61,668 nucleotides of DNA from assembly GCA_036170655.1 (NCBI GenBank), contig JAVHPP010000003.1:2741-64408 (forward strand), read 5' to 3'. A program made the translations under genes and the position numbers. This document shows positions 27,278 through 36,030 of the stretch, piece by piece. The notes beneath the pieces are model-generated. The model searched no databases and was not told where the DNA came from. It was given only the letters and a program-made list of their open reading frames with translations. Position 1 is the stretch's first letter; each line of letters opens with the position of its first letter. The stretch is from Candidatus Zixiibacteriota bacterium (lineage in GTDB: Bacteria > Zixibacteria > MSB-5A5 > WJJR01).

Positions 27278-28525
27278 ATGCGACGGCGATTGTGGATGAT
27301 GCTCCATGGGCGCACGGGTTACACCGGTTTCCCATTGGCCTTCAAGGGACTGCTTATCCTCGGTATCGTCATGATCGCGGTCCTTCTCGTGTACTCCACG
27401 CAGACAATGGTCAGCGAGTTGAAGGCGTCGGAGGCCCGACTTGCGAATGCCTACGCCAGTCAGTGGAAGCGTGCCGCCGAATCGACCGACCCGGGCGAGA
27501 TTGGGTATCTATTCGATCAGATCATCAGCAAGAGCGACTTTCCCATTGTTGTGGCCGACCGGCACGGGGATCCTCTCTACTGGCGCGGGTTAAAGGGTAT
27601 TGATGAAGGAGACACGAGTGCGGCGACGCGGCGGCAGGTCTTGAAATTGATGGCGCGCATGCGCGCTGAGTACCCGCCCGTGCCAATCACCTATGAAGGG
27701 GAGGTACTCTATAACCTCCATTACGGAAACTACGGGTTGATTCGTGCCGTTGCCCGCTTTCCCTACGTCATGCTGGGTCTGACGACGCTGTTCCTGCTCA
27801 TCGCCTACATGAGTTTCCGGAACATCAAGCGTGCCGAACAGCGATACATCTGGGTGGGGATGGCCAAAGAGACGGCCCACCAACTCGGCACTCCCCTAAT
27901 GTCTCTTCTGGGATGGCTCGAGATTCTGCAGGAGCGGTCCGCTTTGGGTGGCGCGAAGGAGCCGGAGGCCGACGTCGATAATCCCATCGATATTATCTCT
28001 CACATGCGGGCCGACGTCGCCCGCCTGAATCGCGTGGCCCAGCGATTCAGCCAGATCGGCTCGGAGCCGGACCGGAAACCCCAATTGATCGAGCCGGTCA
28101 TTCAGGAGGTTGTCGGGTATTTTCGCGAACGGCTGCCGTTTCAGGGCGGCGGTGTCCAAATCTCTTTCGCCGCCGACCCGACGACACCGATACCGATCAA
28201 TGTGGAATTGATTGCGTGGGTGCTGGAGAATCTCATCAAAAATGCCCTGGAATCGGTCGATCCCAAAACTGGCACGGTTCAGATTCATGCTGGCCCCCAT
28301 CCCCGCAGTGGCGCGCGGATCACCGTGACCGACAACGGACGCGGCATAGCAAGTATTCAGCAGCAGAAGATATTCCATCCGGGTTTCACCACCAAAAAAC
28401 GCGGATGGGGTTTGGGGCTGACCTTGGCACGGCGGATTGTCATGGAGTATCACGGTGGCGATCTCTACCTGCAGGAATCAATCCCCAACCAGGCCACCAC
28501 ATTCGTCATCGATCTGCCGGGGTAA
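27278..28525 (+). CDS. sensor histidine kinase, two TM segments with a periplasmic loop (PorY-like)
   Basis: H-box AKETAHQLGTPLMSLLGWLE; N, G1 and G2 boxes LIKNALES, DNGRGI and GWGLGL. An alternative TTG start lies at 27254. Confidence 0.85.
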   Translation: MRRRLWMMLHGRTGYTGFPLAFKGLLILGIVMIAVLLVYSTQTMVSELKASEARLANAYASQWKRAAESTDPGEIGYLFDQIISKSDFPIVVADRHGDPLYWRGLKGIDEGDTSAATRRQVLKLMARMRAEYPPVPITYEGEVLYNLHYGNYGLIRAVARFPYVMLGLTTLFLLIAYMSFRNIKRAEQRYIWVGMAKETAHQLGTPLMSLLGWLEILQERSALGGAKEPEADVDNPIDIISHMRADVARLNRVAQRFSQIGSEPDRKPQLIEPVIQEVVGYFRERLPFQGGGVQISFAADPTTPIPINVELIAWVLENLIKNALESVDPKTGTVQIHAGPHPRSGARITVTDNGRGIASIQQQKIFHPGFTTKKRGWGLGLTLARRIVMEYHGGDLYLQESIPNQATTFVIDLPG

Positions 28526-28572
28526 ACCCACACCGGAGCAAGCCACGCCGTAAGAATGCCGAAAGGGACAAA

Positions 28573-30144
28573 ATGCCTGCAGCCAGCCGTCATGTACTCT
28601 GGGTGGACGATGAGATCGAAATGCTTGAGTCGCATTTTCTTTTTCTCAAGGGGAAAGGCTACGAAGTCACCGGCGCTCACTCAGGGAACGATGCGATTGC
28701 GTGGATACAAAAGCGCCGCTTCGATCTGGTGCTGCTCGACGAGCAGATGCCGGGCATGGACGGACTCACGACGCTCGAAGAGTTGAAGAAGATTGACCCG
28801 AACTTGCCCGTCGTCATGGTCACCAAGAGCGAAGAAGATCACATCATGGATCAGGCGATCGGCAAGAAGATCGACGATTATCTCACCAAACCCGTCAACC
28901 CGTCCCAGATTCTCTCGGTCATCAAACGTCTCCTGGAACGCCGCAAGATCCAATCGGAGCATCTGGCGAAGAAGTATGTCGATGATTTCAACAGCCTTCG
29001 TGAGACTCTCTCGCAGCAGTCGGGCTGGAGAGAGTGGATTGCTGCCCACCAGTTGCTGTCCCATTGGGATCTGGAGCTCGATTCGTTTGTCAACCTGGGA
29101 CTGGATCAGACACACCGCGAGTGCAAGAAGGAATGGAATGCCGGGTTTGCGCGTTGGGTGGAACGGGAGTACCCCCGCTGGCTGGCCAATCTCGACTCAC
29201 CGGATCGCCCGCCACTGTCCGTCGATGTGGTTGGACGTTATCTGGCGCCTCATCTGCGAGCCGGCCGCAAAGTGTACTTCTTCGTGATCGACTGCATGCG
29301 GCTCGATCAATGGCTGAACATCGAATCCGAACTCGCCGAGCAATTTCAGATCGAACGCGACTACTATTTTTCTCTCTTGCCGACAGCGACGCCGTACAGC
29401 CGCAATGCCATTTTCTCCGGTCTTTTCGCTGACGAGATCAAACGTCTTTATCCCGAGCTATGGCAGATCGGCGACAAGGATGAGTTCTCGCGCAACCGGC
29501 TGGAGCACCAGCTCCTGGACCAACAACTCGATCGTCTCGGGGTCCGTCTGCCCGCGGAAGCAAAGTATGTCAAGGTTCTTGATTTCGCCGAAGGGGAAAA
29601 TGTCGCCCGCAAGTTCTCGTCATACAAAGACACCCCCTTGCTCTCCGTCGTTTACAATTTCATTGACCACCTTGCGCATGGCCACACCGAGGACGAAATC
29701 CTCCACGAACTGGCGCCGAATGAAGCCGCCTTTCGCGGACTGATGAAGACATGGTTCATCAACTCATCCTGGATCAAGGTCCTCCGTAAGATCGCCCGTG
29801 AACCCAACTCCGTGGCGATTGTCACCACCGACCACGGGAGCGTCATGGGCATGCGTGCCGCCATGGCGCATGGGCGCCGCGATTCGTCCCCGAATCTTCG
29901 CTACAAATTCGGGGACAATCTCAACGCCGATCCCAAGGAAGCTGTCATCATCAATGATCCACGCACCTACCGCCTCCCAATGTTCACCATGAACACAACG
30001 TACCTGCTGGCGAAAGAAGACTTCTACTTCGTCTACCCCACGAATTTCAACGAATATCAGCGGAAGTTCGCAAACACATTCCAGCATGGGGGGATCTCAC
30101 TCCCGGAGATGATACTCCCTGTGGCGACGCTGATCCCGAAATAG
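28573..30144 (+). CDS. porX: response regulator with C-terminal PglZ/alkaline-phosphatase-like domain (PorX-type)
   Basis: Receiver domain VLWVDDE...FDLVLLDEQMPGMDG...DDYLTKP, then a PglZ-like region (VIDCMRLDQW, LLPTATPYSRNAIFSG, DHLAHG, TTDHGS). Confidence 0.8.
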   Translation: MPAASRHVLWVDDEIEMLESHFLFLKGKGYEVTGAHSGNDAIAWIQKRRFDLVLLDEQMPGMDGLTTLEELKKIDPNLPVVMVTKSEEDHIMDQAIGKKIDDYLTKPVNPSQILSVIKRLLERRKIQSEHLAKKYVDDFNSLRETLSQQSGWREWIAAHQLLSHWDLELDSFVNLGLDQTHRECKKEWNAGFARWVEREYPRWLANLDSPDRPPLSVDVVGRYLAPHLRAGRKVYFFVIDCMRLDQWLNIESELAEQFQIERDYYFSLLPTATPYSRNAIFSGLFADEIKRLYPELWQIGDKDEFSRNRLEHQLLDQQLDRLGVRLPAEAKYVKVLDFAEGENVARKFSSYKDTPLLSVVYNFIDHLAHGHTEDEILHELAPNEAAFRGLMKTWFINSSWIKVLRKIAREPNSVAIVTTDHGSVMGMRAAMAHGRRDSSPNLRYKFGDNLNADPKEAVIINDPRTYRLPMFTMNTTYLLAKEDFYFVYPTNFNEYQRKFANTFQHGGISLPEMILPVATLIPK

Positions 30145-30182
30145 ACAGCGATTGCGGTAATGGCCGGTGGGGATGAAATACC

Positions 30183-30650
30183 ATGGAGGGGGATAACAAG
30201 GCATCAGAATCTCTGCTGGGGGAACATCTCACCCGCTCCGTTGAAGAGACACAGCAATTGGCGGGATCTTTCGCGCAGTTGCTGTGTCCCGGCAGTTGGG
30301 TTGGGCTGGTCGGGCCGTTGGGATCAGGGAAATCAGTATTCGCCCGAGCGATTGGCGGCTTTTGGGGCGTCACGGAGCCGATGCCGTCTCCGACCTACAC
30401 GCTGATGAATTGTCATCAAGGCCGCTGCCAGATCTGTCACATGGATCTTTATCGTATTGGCGAGCCGGATGAACTGGATTTTGCCGGCCTGGGGCCGTAT
30501 TTTTCTGGGCCGGGGATCTGCCTCGTTGAGTGGGCTGACAAGGTCCGGCGACGGTGGCCTCTGGTCGGCTGGTTCGTGACATTTACTCGGTGTGATTCCA
30601 GCAGCCGGTTGATCCATATCCGTCATTTTGGCAGTGTGCCGGTGCAATAA
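30183..30650 (+). CDS. tsaE: tRNA t6A37 biosynthesis ATPase TsaE
   Basis: GPLGSGKSVFARAI P-loop, SPTYTL and HMDLYR motifs. Confidence 0.85.
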   Translation: MEGDNKASESLLGEHLTRSVEETQQLAGSFAQLLCPGSWVGLVGPLGSGKSVFARAIGGFWGVTEPMPSPTYTLMNCHQGRCQICHMDLYRIGEPDELDFAGLGPYFSGPGICLVEWADKVRRRWPLVGWFVTFTRCDSSSRLIHIRHFGSVPVQ

Positions 30651-30654
30651 AAAC

Positions 30655-31353
30655 ATGCGCGTATTGGCATTCGACTCAATGTCTCCGCGTCTCACCGTTG
30701 GCTTGGCCGACGGAGACAAACCCATTGGACGATGGGACAGCCGTCCGGATCGTCATCGCGGAAATGCTCTCGATGAGTTGATTGACCGTGCGCTGGCCAG
30801 CGCCGGATGGAGCCGCCGTGACATTGGCGGCTTGGCTCTGGTAACTGGTCCGGGATCCCTCACGGCCATCCGGATTGGCTGGGCGACAGCAACGGGCTGG
30901 TCCCTGGCGATGGACATTCCGGTGACCGGATGGTCTGTTCCGACCGTGCAACGGAGAAGATGGCTTGATGAACGCGAACACGGCGTGGATAGTTTGAAGA
31001 TAGGCGAGAAGACCCAGTTCTGTGTGGTCCATCATCGCGGTGACGAGTTCTATGCATACCGTCTGGACTCCGGTGATCGGCCGTCGGCGCCAAGCTTGGT
31101 CGTCATCGGGCAATGGCTGCCACCATCCGCAGAATCCTGCCGGATCACCGGACCCGGCGTGCTGGGTTATCGAGATCGCTGGATCGCTTCTCTTGGGAAG
31201 AAGGCGGAGGTCGTGGCGGAGTCGGACGCCACGGTGCCCGGAGATCGTCTGGCTTTATGGGGGGAGGAGAGCCTGCAGGGTGGTCACCGGTTCTCCTTGG
31301 AAAAGTCCCCGCTGGACTATGGTCTGCCTCCGCAGTTTCGCAAGGCATCATGA
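30655..31353 (+). CDS. tsaB: tRNA t6A37 biosynthesis protein TsaB
   Basis: MRVLAFDSMSPRLTVGL and ALVTGPGSLTAIRIG; located between tsaE and rimI. Confidence 0.8.
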   Translation: MRVLAFDSMSPRLTVGLADGDKPIGRWDSRPDRHRGNALDELIDRALASAGWSRRDIGGLALVTGPGSLTAIRIGWATATGWSLAMDIPVTGWSVPTVQRRRWLDEREHGVDSLKIGEKTQFCVVHHRGDEFYAYRLDSGDRPSAPSLVVIGQWLPPSAESCRITGPGVLGYRDRWIASLGKKAEVVAESDATVPGDRLALWGEESLQGGHRFSLEKSPLDYGLPPQFRKAS

Positions 31354-31826
31354 CGGACAGCAAGGTAGTCATCCGTCTGATGTCAGACAGTGATGTGACG
31401 ATGGTGGCTTCTCTCGAACAGCAGATCTTCACAGACCCCTGGTCGGAGCAGTCGTTCGCTGAAGCCCTCACTGTCTCCCAGCCGCTCAACCGCGTGGCGA
31501 CCGGCGCCGACGGTACACTCTGCGGCTATCTCTGTGGGCAGTTGGTTGCTGATGAAGTGCAGATTCACAACGTGGCGGTGGTTCCTTCATATCGGAGACG
31601 AGGGCTGGGACGGGCGCTTCTGGAGCATGCGGAGCGCGAAGGCAAGTCGCGAGGGGCGGTTTGCGCGGTGCTCGAAGTACGCATCACCAACGTGCCGGCG
31701 CTGGCGATGTACGGCCGCTTGGGGTACCGTCGCATCGGCCGTCGCCGCGCATACTATCGCAAGCCGGTGTGTGATGCACTGGTCCTGCTGAAGATTTTCG
31801 CCGCGAACGCGGCCGGTGACATATAA
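31350..31826 (+). CDS. rimI: ribosomal-protein-alanine N-acetyltransferase (GNAT)
   Basis: IHNVAVVPSYRRRGLGRALL acetyl-CoA motif. ATGA overlap with tsaB. Confidence 0.8.
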   Translation: MTDSKVVIRLMSDSDVTMVASLEQQIFTDPWSEQSFAEALTVSQPLNRVATGADGTLCGYLCGQLVADEVQIHNVAVVPSYRRRGLGRALLEHAEREGKSRGAVCAVLEVRITNVPALAMYGRLGYRRIGRRRAYYRKPVCDALVLLKIFAANAAGDI

Positions 31827-31842
31827 CAAAGGACATGAATTG

Positions 31843-32754
31843 ATGGAATGGTTCCGAAAGGCCAAAGCCGGGCTAACCCGGCAAGACAGGCAGGACATCC
31901 CCGACGGCTTGTGGACGAAATGCGGCGGATGCGGCGAAATCATCTATGCACGGGAACTGGAACGGCGCTTCTGGGTCTGCCCGTCCTGTGAGTACCACTT
32001 TCGCATTGGACACGCCGATTATATCCGATTGTTGCTCGATGATGGAGTGCTCGAGGAATATGATCGCGGTCTGATTTCCTGCGACCCCCTGAAGTTCCGG
32101 GATAAGAAGAAGTATCCCGAGCGGATCGCCGACGCCCAGAAAAAAACCGGGTTGGCCGATGCGATTGTCTGCGGCATCGGCAAGATGGATGGCCGGACGG
32201 TCTCGTTCGGTGTCATGGAATTCGCGTTCGTCGGCGGCAGCATGGGATCGGTCGTTGGTGAGAAGGTCGCACGGGCCATTGAGCGTGCGTTGACACGGCG
32301 TGTTCCCCTGGTCCTTGTTGCCTCTTCCGGCGGGGCGCGTATGCAGGAGGGGATTCTCTCGCTCATGCAGATGGCCAAGACCAGCTTTCTGCTGGCCGAA
32401 TTGGCGGAAATCCGGATTCCCTACATTGCTGTTCTTACCAACCCCACGACCGCCGGTGTGATGGCGTCGTTTGCGTCTCTCGGCGACGTGATCGTCGCCG
32501 AACCCGGTGCGCAATTGGGATTCGCCGGTCCTCGGGTCATCCGTGAAACAATCCATCAGGAGTTGCCGCCGGGATTCCAAAGCTCGGAGTTCTTTCTCGA
32601 ACATGGATTCCTCGACCGTATCGTCAAACGGACGGAATTGAAATCCACTCTGGTCAGTCTCCTTACCTTCCTTTGCGGTCCGGGATCCGGGGTTATCGAA
32701 AAGACAGGCGTCACCCTGCCGGCCACGGGGAGCGGCGTCGAATCCTCCCTGTGA
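31843..32754 (+). CDS. accD: acetyl-CoA carboxylase carboxyltransferase beta subunit
   Basis: N-terminal Zn ribbon CGGCGEIIY...CPSCEYHF, then FVGGSMGSVVGEK. An alternative start lies at 31816. Confidence 0.9.
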   Translation: MEWFRKAKAGLTRQDRQDIPDGLWTKCGGCGEIIYARELERRFWVCPSCEYHFRIGHADYIRLLLDDGVLEEYDRGLISCDPLKFRDKKKYPERIADAQKKTGLADAIVCGIGKMDGRTVSFGVMEFAFVGGSMGSVVGEKVARAIERALTRRVPLVLVASSGGARMQEGILSLMQMAKTSFLLAELAEIRIPYIAVLTNPTTAGVMASFASLGDVIVAEPGAQLGFAGPRVIRETIHQELPPGFQSSEFFLEHGFLDRIVKRTELKSTLVSLLTFLCGPGSGVIEKTGVTLPATGSGVESSL

Positions 32755-34064
32755 TGCTGACTTACCCTGAGGCCATCCGCCGCCTGTATTCCCTCGAACT
32801 CTGGGGGATAAAGTTAGGACTGGACAATATCACGCGCTTCTGCCGGCGTTTGAATAACCCCCACCGGCGTTTCCTCTCTGTGCACATTGCCGGCACAAAC
32901 GGCAAAGGCTCTGTGACCGCGCTTCTGGATTCCATCTTGCGCGCTGCAGGGTATCATGTGGGGCGCTACACCTCTCCGCATCTGCGCGATTTCCGCGAAC
33001 GGGTCCACATCGAGGGACATCCTATTGCACGACAGGAGGTCATACGCTTCCTCGATCAGCATTGGCAGACCATTCACCGGGAGCGCTACACGTTTTTCGA
33101 AGCGGTGACCGCCCTGGCCTTCGATTCATTCGCGTCCCACGGGCTCGATATGGCGGTTGTCGAAGTCGGTTTGGGCGGGCACTTCGATGCCACCAACATT
33201 CTCAACCCGGCTCTCAGTATCATCACACACATTGATCTGGACCATGTCGATGTTCTCGGCCGTACGCGTTCTCGGATCGCCGGCGAAAAGGCGGGAATCA
33301 TCAAAGAGGGGACGCCGGTTCTGATTGGCTCGTTGCCCACGTCGGCGCGGCGCACAGTGGAAAAGGCGGCACGGAATCTCCGGGCGCCCTTGTGGACCGC
33401 TCACGAAGTGCTGGCGGCACATGACAACCCTTGGGCGCGGGAACTGAGAGAGATGAGAATCGACCTCCCTCTATTGGGTGATCACCAGGTCGCCAACCTC
33501 TCGCTGGCCTTGGCGGCGGCCGTGTTGCTACACTCAGGCATAGTTCCGCTGACACCGGGGGCGCTTCGTCGTGGTGTCAACACGACCTGCTGGCCGGGTC
33601 GCTTTCAGATTCTCGACCTGACGCCCCGGGTTGTCTTCGATGTTGCCCACAACGTCTCTGGGGTGCAGCAGGTGGTTCGTACCTGGCAGAAGATCTTTGG
33701 ACGCCGCAAGGCCATCGGCGTATTCACCACGCGGACCGATAAGGATTACCCGGCGATGTGGCGCCTGCTGGCCCCCCTTCTTTCACACTGGAATGGGTGT
33801 CCGCTTCCTCACAGCAGCGGGATTGAACGAGCGGAAATGGAGCGCCTGGCCCGTCAGGAGACGGTGCCATTTGTCTGGTATCCTGATGCCGCAATGGCAC
33901 TCCGGCGGGCAAAAGAAATGGCGGGCCCGAATGGCATAATCCTGGTCGTTGGCTCACACTATCTTGTTGGCGAACTCCTCCCCCCAGGTCCCGTGACTGC
34001 GCACTGGAAGGGTGGGATGACCTCTCAGCGTTTGAATTGGGCGGCCATTCTCCGCCGTTCCTGA
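32754..34064 (+). CDS. folC: bifunctional folylpolyglutamate synthase / dihydrofolate synthase
   Basis: HIAGTNGKGSV P-loop, VVEVGLGG, DHVDVLG and AGEKAGIIK; follows accD as in many bacteria. Confidence 0.88.
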   Translation: MLTYPEAIRRLYSLELWGIKLGLDNITRFCRRLNNPHRRFLSVHIAGTNGKGSVTALLDSILRAAGYHVGRYTSPHLRDFRERVHIEGHPIARQEVIRFLDQHWQTIHRERYTFFEAVTALAFDSFASHGLDMAVVEVGLGGHFDATNILNPALSIITHIDLDHVDVLGRTRSRIAGEKAGIIKEGTPVLIGSLPTSARRTVEKAARNLRAPLWTAHEVLAAHDNPWARELREMRIDLPLLGDHQVANLSLALAAAVLLHSGIVPLTPGALRRGVNTTCWPGRFQILDLTPRVVFDVAHNVSGVQQVVRTWQKIFGRRKAIGVFTTRTDKDYPAMWRLLAPLLSHWNGCPLPHSSGIERAEMERLARQETVPFVWYPDAAMALRRAKEMAGPNGIILVVGSHYLVGELLPPGPVTAHWKGGMTSQRLNWAAILRRS

Positions 34065-34159
34065 TCGGGACCTTTGTCAAAGAATGGGTTTCGTTCGCCA
34101 AACGGGGGAACCGGATCACGCGACTTGTGTTATCGTTTGACATGGCGGCCAAAGAGCGA

Positions 34160-34188
34160 TTGACAACGGCTGCAAATGGACTTAGTCT
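34160..34188 (+). promoter_or_regulatory. candidate sigma70-type promoter for trxA
   Basis: TTGACA, a 17-nt spacer, then TAGTCT, about 25 nt upstream of the GGGAGGA Shine-Dalgarno motif. Confidence 0.3.
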
Positions 34189-34210
34189 GGAACCCCAACT
34201 GGGAGGAAAA

Positions 34211-34537
34211 ATGGCGAAACCGATTGAAGTGACCGACGCGACCTTCGAATCCGAAGTTTTGAAGTCTGATATTCCTGTCTTGGTGGACTTTTGGGCGACT
34301 TGGTGCGGCCCCTGCAAGATGATTGCCCCCGTTGTTGCGGAACTGGCAGAGGAATACCAGGGACGTCTGAAGGTGGCGAAAGTGGACGTGGACAACAACA
34401 ACGCTGTCGCCGGACAGTACCGGATCATGAGCATCCCCAGCTTACTGTTCTTCAAAGATGGACAGAAGGTGGATCAAATCATCGGCGCGGTGGCGAAAGA
34501 GCACTTCGTTGAGCGAATCACAAAACTGCTTGGATAA
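34211..34537 (+). CDS. trxA: thioredoxin
   Basis: VLVDFWATWCGPCKMIAP active site; 108 aa; GGGAGGA Shine-Dalgarno motif 3 nt upstream of the ATG. Confidence 0.93.
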   Translation: MAKPIEVTDATFESEVLKSDIPVLVDFWATWCGPCKMIAPVVAELAEEYQGRLKVAKVDVDNNNAVAGQYRIMSIPSLLFFKDGQKVDQIIGAVAKEHFVERITKLLG

Positions 34538-34587
34538 TTCCGTGAGGCCGCAGCCCTGCACTCCGCGCGGGACTGGGCGATGACACC

Positions 34588-35028
34588 ATGAGCGCCTCCG
34601 CACTACTGTATGCTGACGTGGTCTGGGATGGCGGCATGTCCTTTGCCGCTCGCACCGACTCGCACCACTTCCTCACTTTGGACGCGTCTCCTGAAGACGG
34701 CGGCACAAACTCAGGTCCCCGCCCGATGGAGATGGTTATCTGCGCTCTGGGCGGATGTACGGGAATGGATGTGGTCGCTTTCCTGCGGAAAAAGCGACGC
34801 CACGTCGAAGCGCTGACGGTGCATGTGTCCGGCAAGCGTCGCGACGAAGCGCCCCGCATCTTCGAGGAACTAACCTTGGAGTACCGCGTTCGCGGTTCGG
34901 ACCTGACCGAGGCAGACCTGCAGTGGGCCGTTGAACTTTCCATCAACAAGTACTGCTCCGTTTTGGCCATGTTGAGCCATGCGGCACGTGTCGTTCCGCG
35001 GTGGGTCTTGGAACCTTCTACTGCGTAA
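34588..35028 (+). CDS. OsmC/Ohr-family peroxiredoxin-like protein
   Basis: The size (146 aa) and the paired Cys contexts ALGGCTGMD and INKYCSV are typical of OsmC. Confidence 0.75.
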   Translation: MSASALLYADVVWDGGMSFAARTDSHHFLTLDASPEDGGTNSGPRPMEMVICALGGCTGMDVVAFLRKKRRHVEALTVHVSGKRRDEAPRIFEELTLEYRVRGSDLTEADLQWAVELSINKYCSVLAMLSHAARVVPRWVLEPSTA

Positions 35029-35166
35029 GCGACCATCACGATCCTAATCGTCCCGGCCATGTCTGCCGTATGCAGAGTAGTGGGTGCCGTGTCACTGGGT
35101 GCCGTACGTGGATTTATGCCTCGGCCGCGTCGATAATAGCAATAAGGGGCAGGGGTTGGTCAATCA

Positions 35167-36000
35167 ATGCGCAACATTCGGGACGACAGCGGTTGGAACG
35201 ATAGCTCATTGAGTAGCGGCGCCTTTCCGCCGGCCATCAAGATCCTATTGCTGGTCAACGGCGGGGTGTACCTCCTCCAGATTCTGGCACATTTCCCGTT
35301 GGTGGAATACCTGGGTCTGACGCCCACCATGGTTGTCCGGGGCGCGGTCTGGCAACTTTTCACCTACATGTTTCTGCACGGGAGTTTTTTCCATATCCTT
35401 TTCAACATGTTCGCTCTCTGGATGTTCGGACGGGACATCGAGGATGCCTGGGGCGCACGGGAGTTCCTCAAGTACTACTTGATCTGTGGTCTTGGCGCTG
35501 GTGCGGTGACCGTGCTGGCTTTGTGGGGGCAACCCATTCCCACGATCGGCGCATCGGGTGCGATTTTCGGGGTCCTGCTGGCCTTCGGTATGCTCTGGCC
35601 AAACCGTACGATCTATCTGTGGTTCTTTCTCCCCATAAAAGCGAAGTATGTGGTTGTCTTGTTCGGTCTCATCGAGTTAGTCGCCACGTTCAGCTACAGC
35701 GCTGATGGGATTGGTCACTTCACTCACTTGGGTGGGCTGGCCGTCGGATTTCTCTATCTGAAACTCGGCGGACGGTCGTTCCACATCCCGAGACCGTTTG
35801 CGTTTGTTGGCATTTGGCGCGCGCGCCAGAAGGGACGCCGCTTGAAGCGGCGCTGGGACGATCAACGCGCCTTGATGGAGTCGGTTGACCGTGTCCTCGA
35901 CCGGATCAATGAAGTCGGCTACGAGAATCTCACCGATGAAGAACGTGCGATTTTGGAGCGCGCATCGGAGAAACTTTCGACCGAGCGAACGAAACGATAA
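35167..36000 (+). CDS. rhomboid-family intramembrane serine protease
   Basis: HGSFFHILFNM, catalytic GASGAIFGVL and HLGGLAVG. Confidence 0.85.
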   Translation: MRNIRDDSGWNDSSLSSGAFPPAIKILLLVNGGVYLLQILAHFPLVEYLGLTPTMVVRGAVWQLFTYMFLHGSFFHILFNMFALWMFGRDIEDAWGAREFLKYYLICGLGAGAVTVLALWGQPIPTIGASGAIFGVLLAFGMLWPNRTIYLWFFLPIKAKYVVVLFGLIELVATFSYSADGIGHFTHLGGLAVGFLYLKLGGRSFHIPRPFAFVGIWRARQKGRRLKRRWDDQRALMESVDRVLDRINEVGYENLTDEERAILERASEKLSTERTKR

Positions 36001-36030
36001 TTCTGGGACCTTCCCAGTCGTACCGCGAGG

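Noticed and set aside
28427-28444. Sigma54-like TGGCAC...TTG motif just upstream of porX
   Set aside because: The spacing between the GG and the TTG(C) elements is off by one, the -12 element is TTGT rather than TTGC, and the site lies inside the kinase coding sequence.
28573-30144. The PglZ-domain protein as part of a BREX phage-defence system
   Set aside because: No BrxA/B/C, PglX methyltransferase or BrxL genes are nearby. The PglZ domain is fused to a receiver and sits next to a histidine kinase, which is the PorX architecture.
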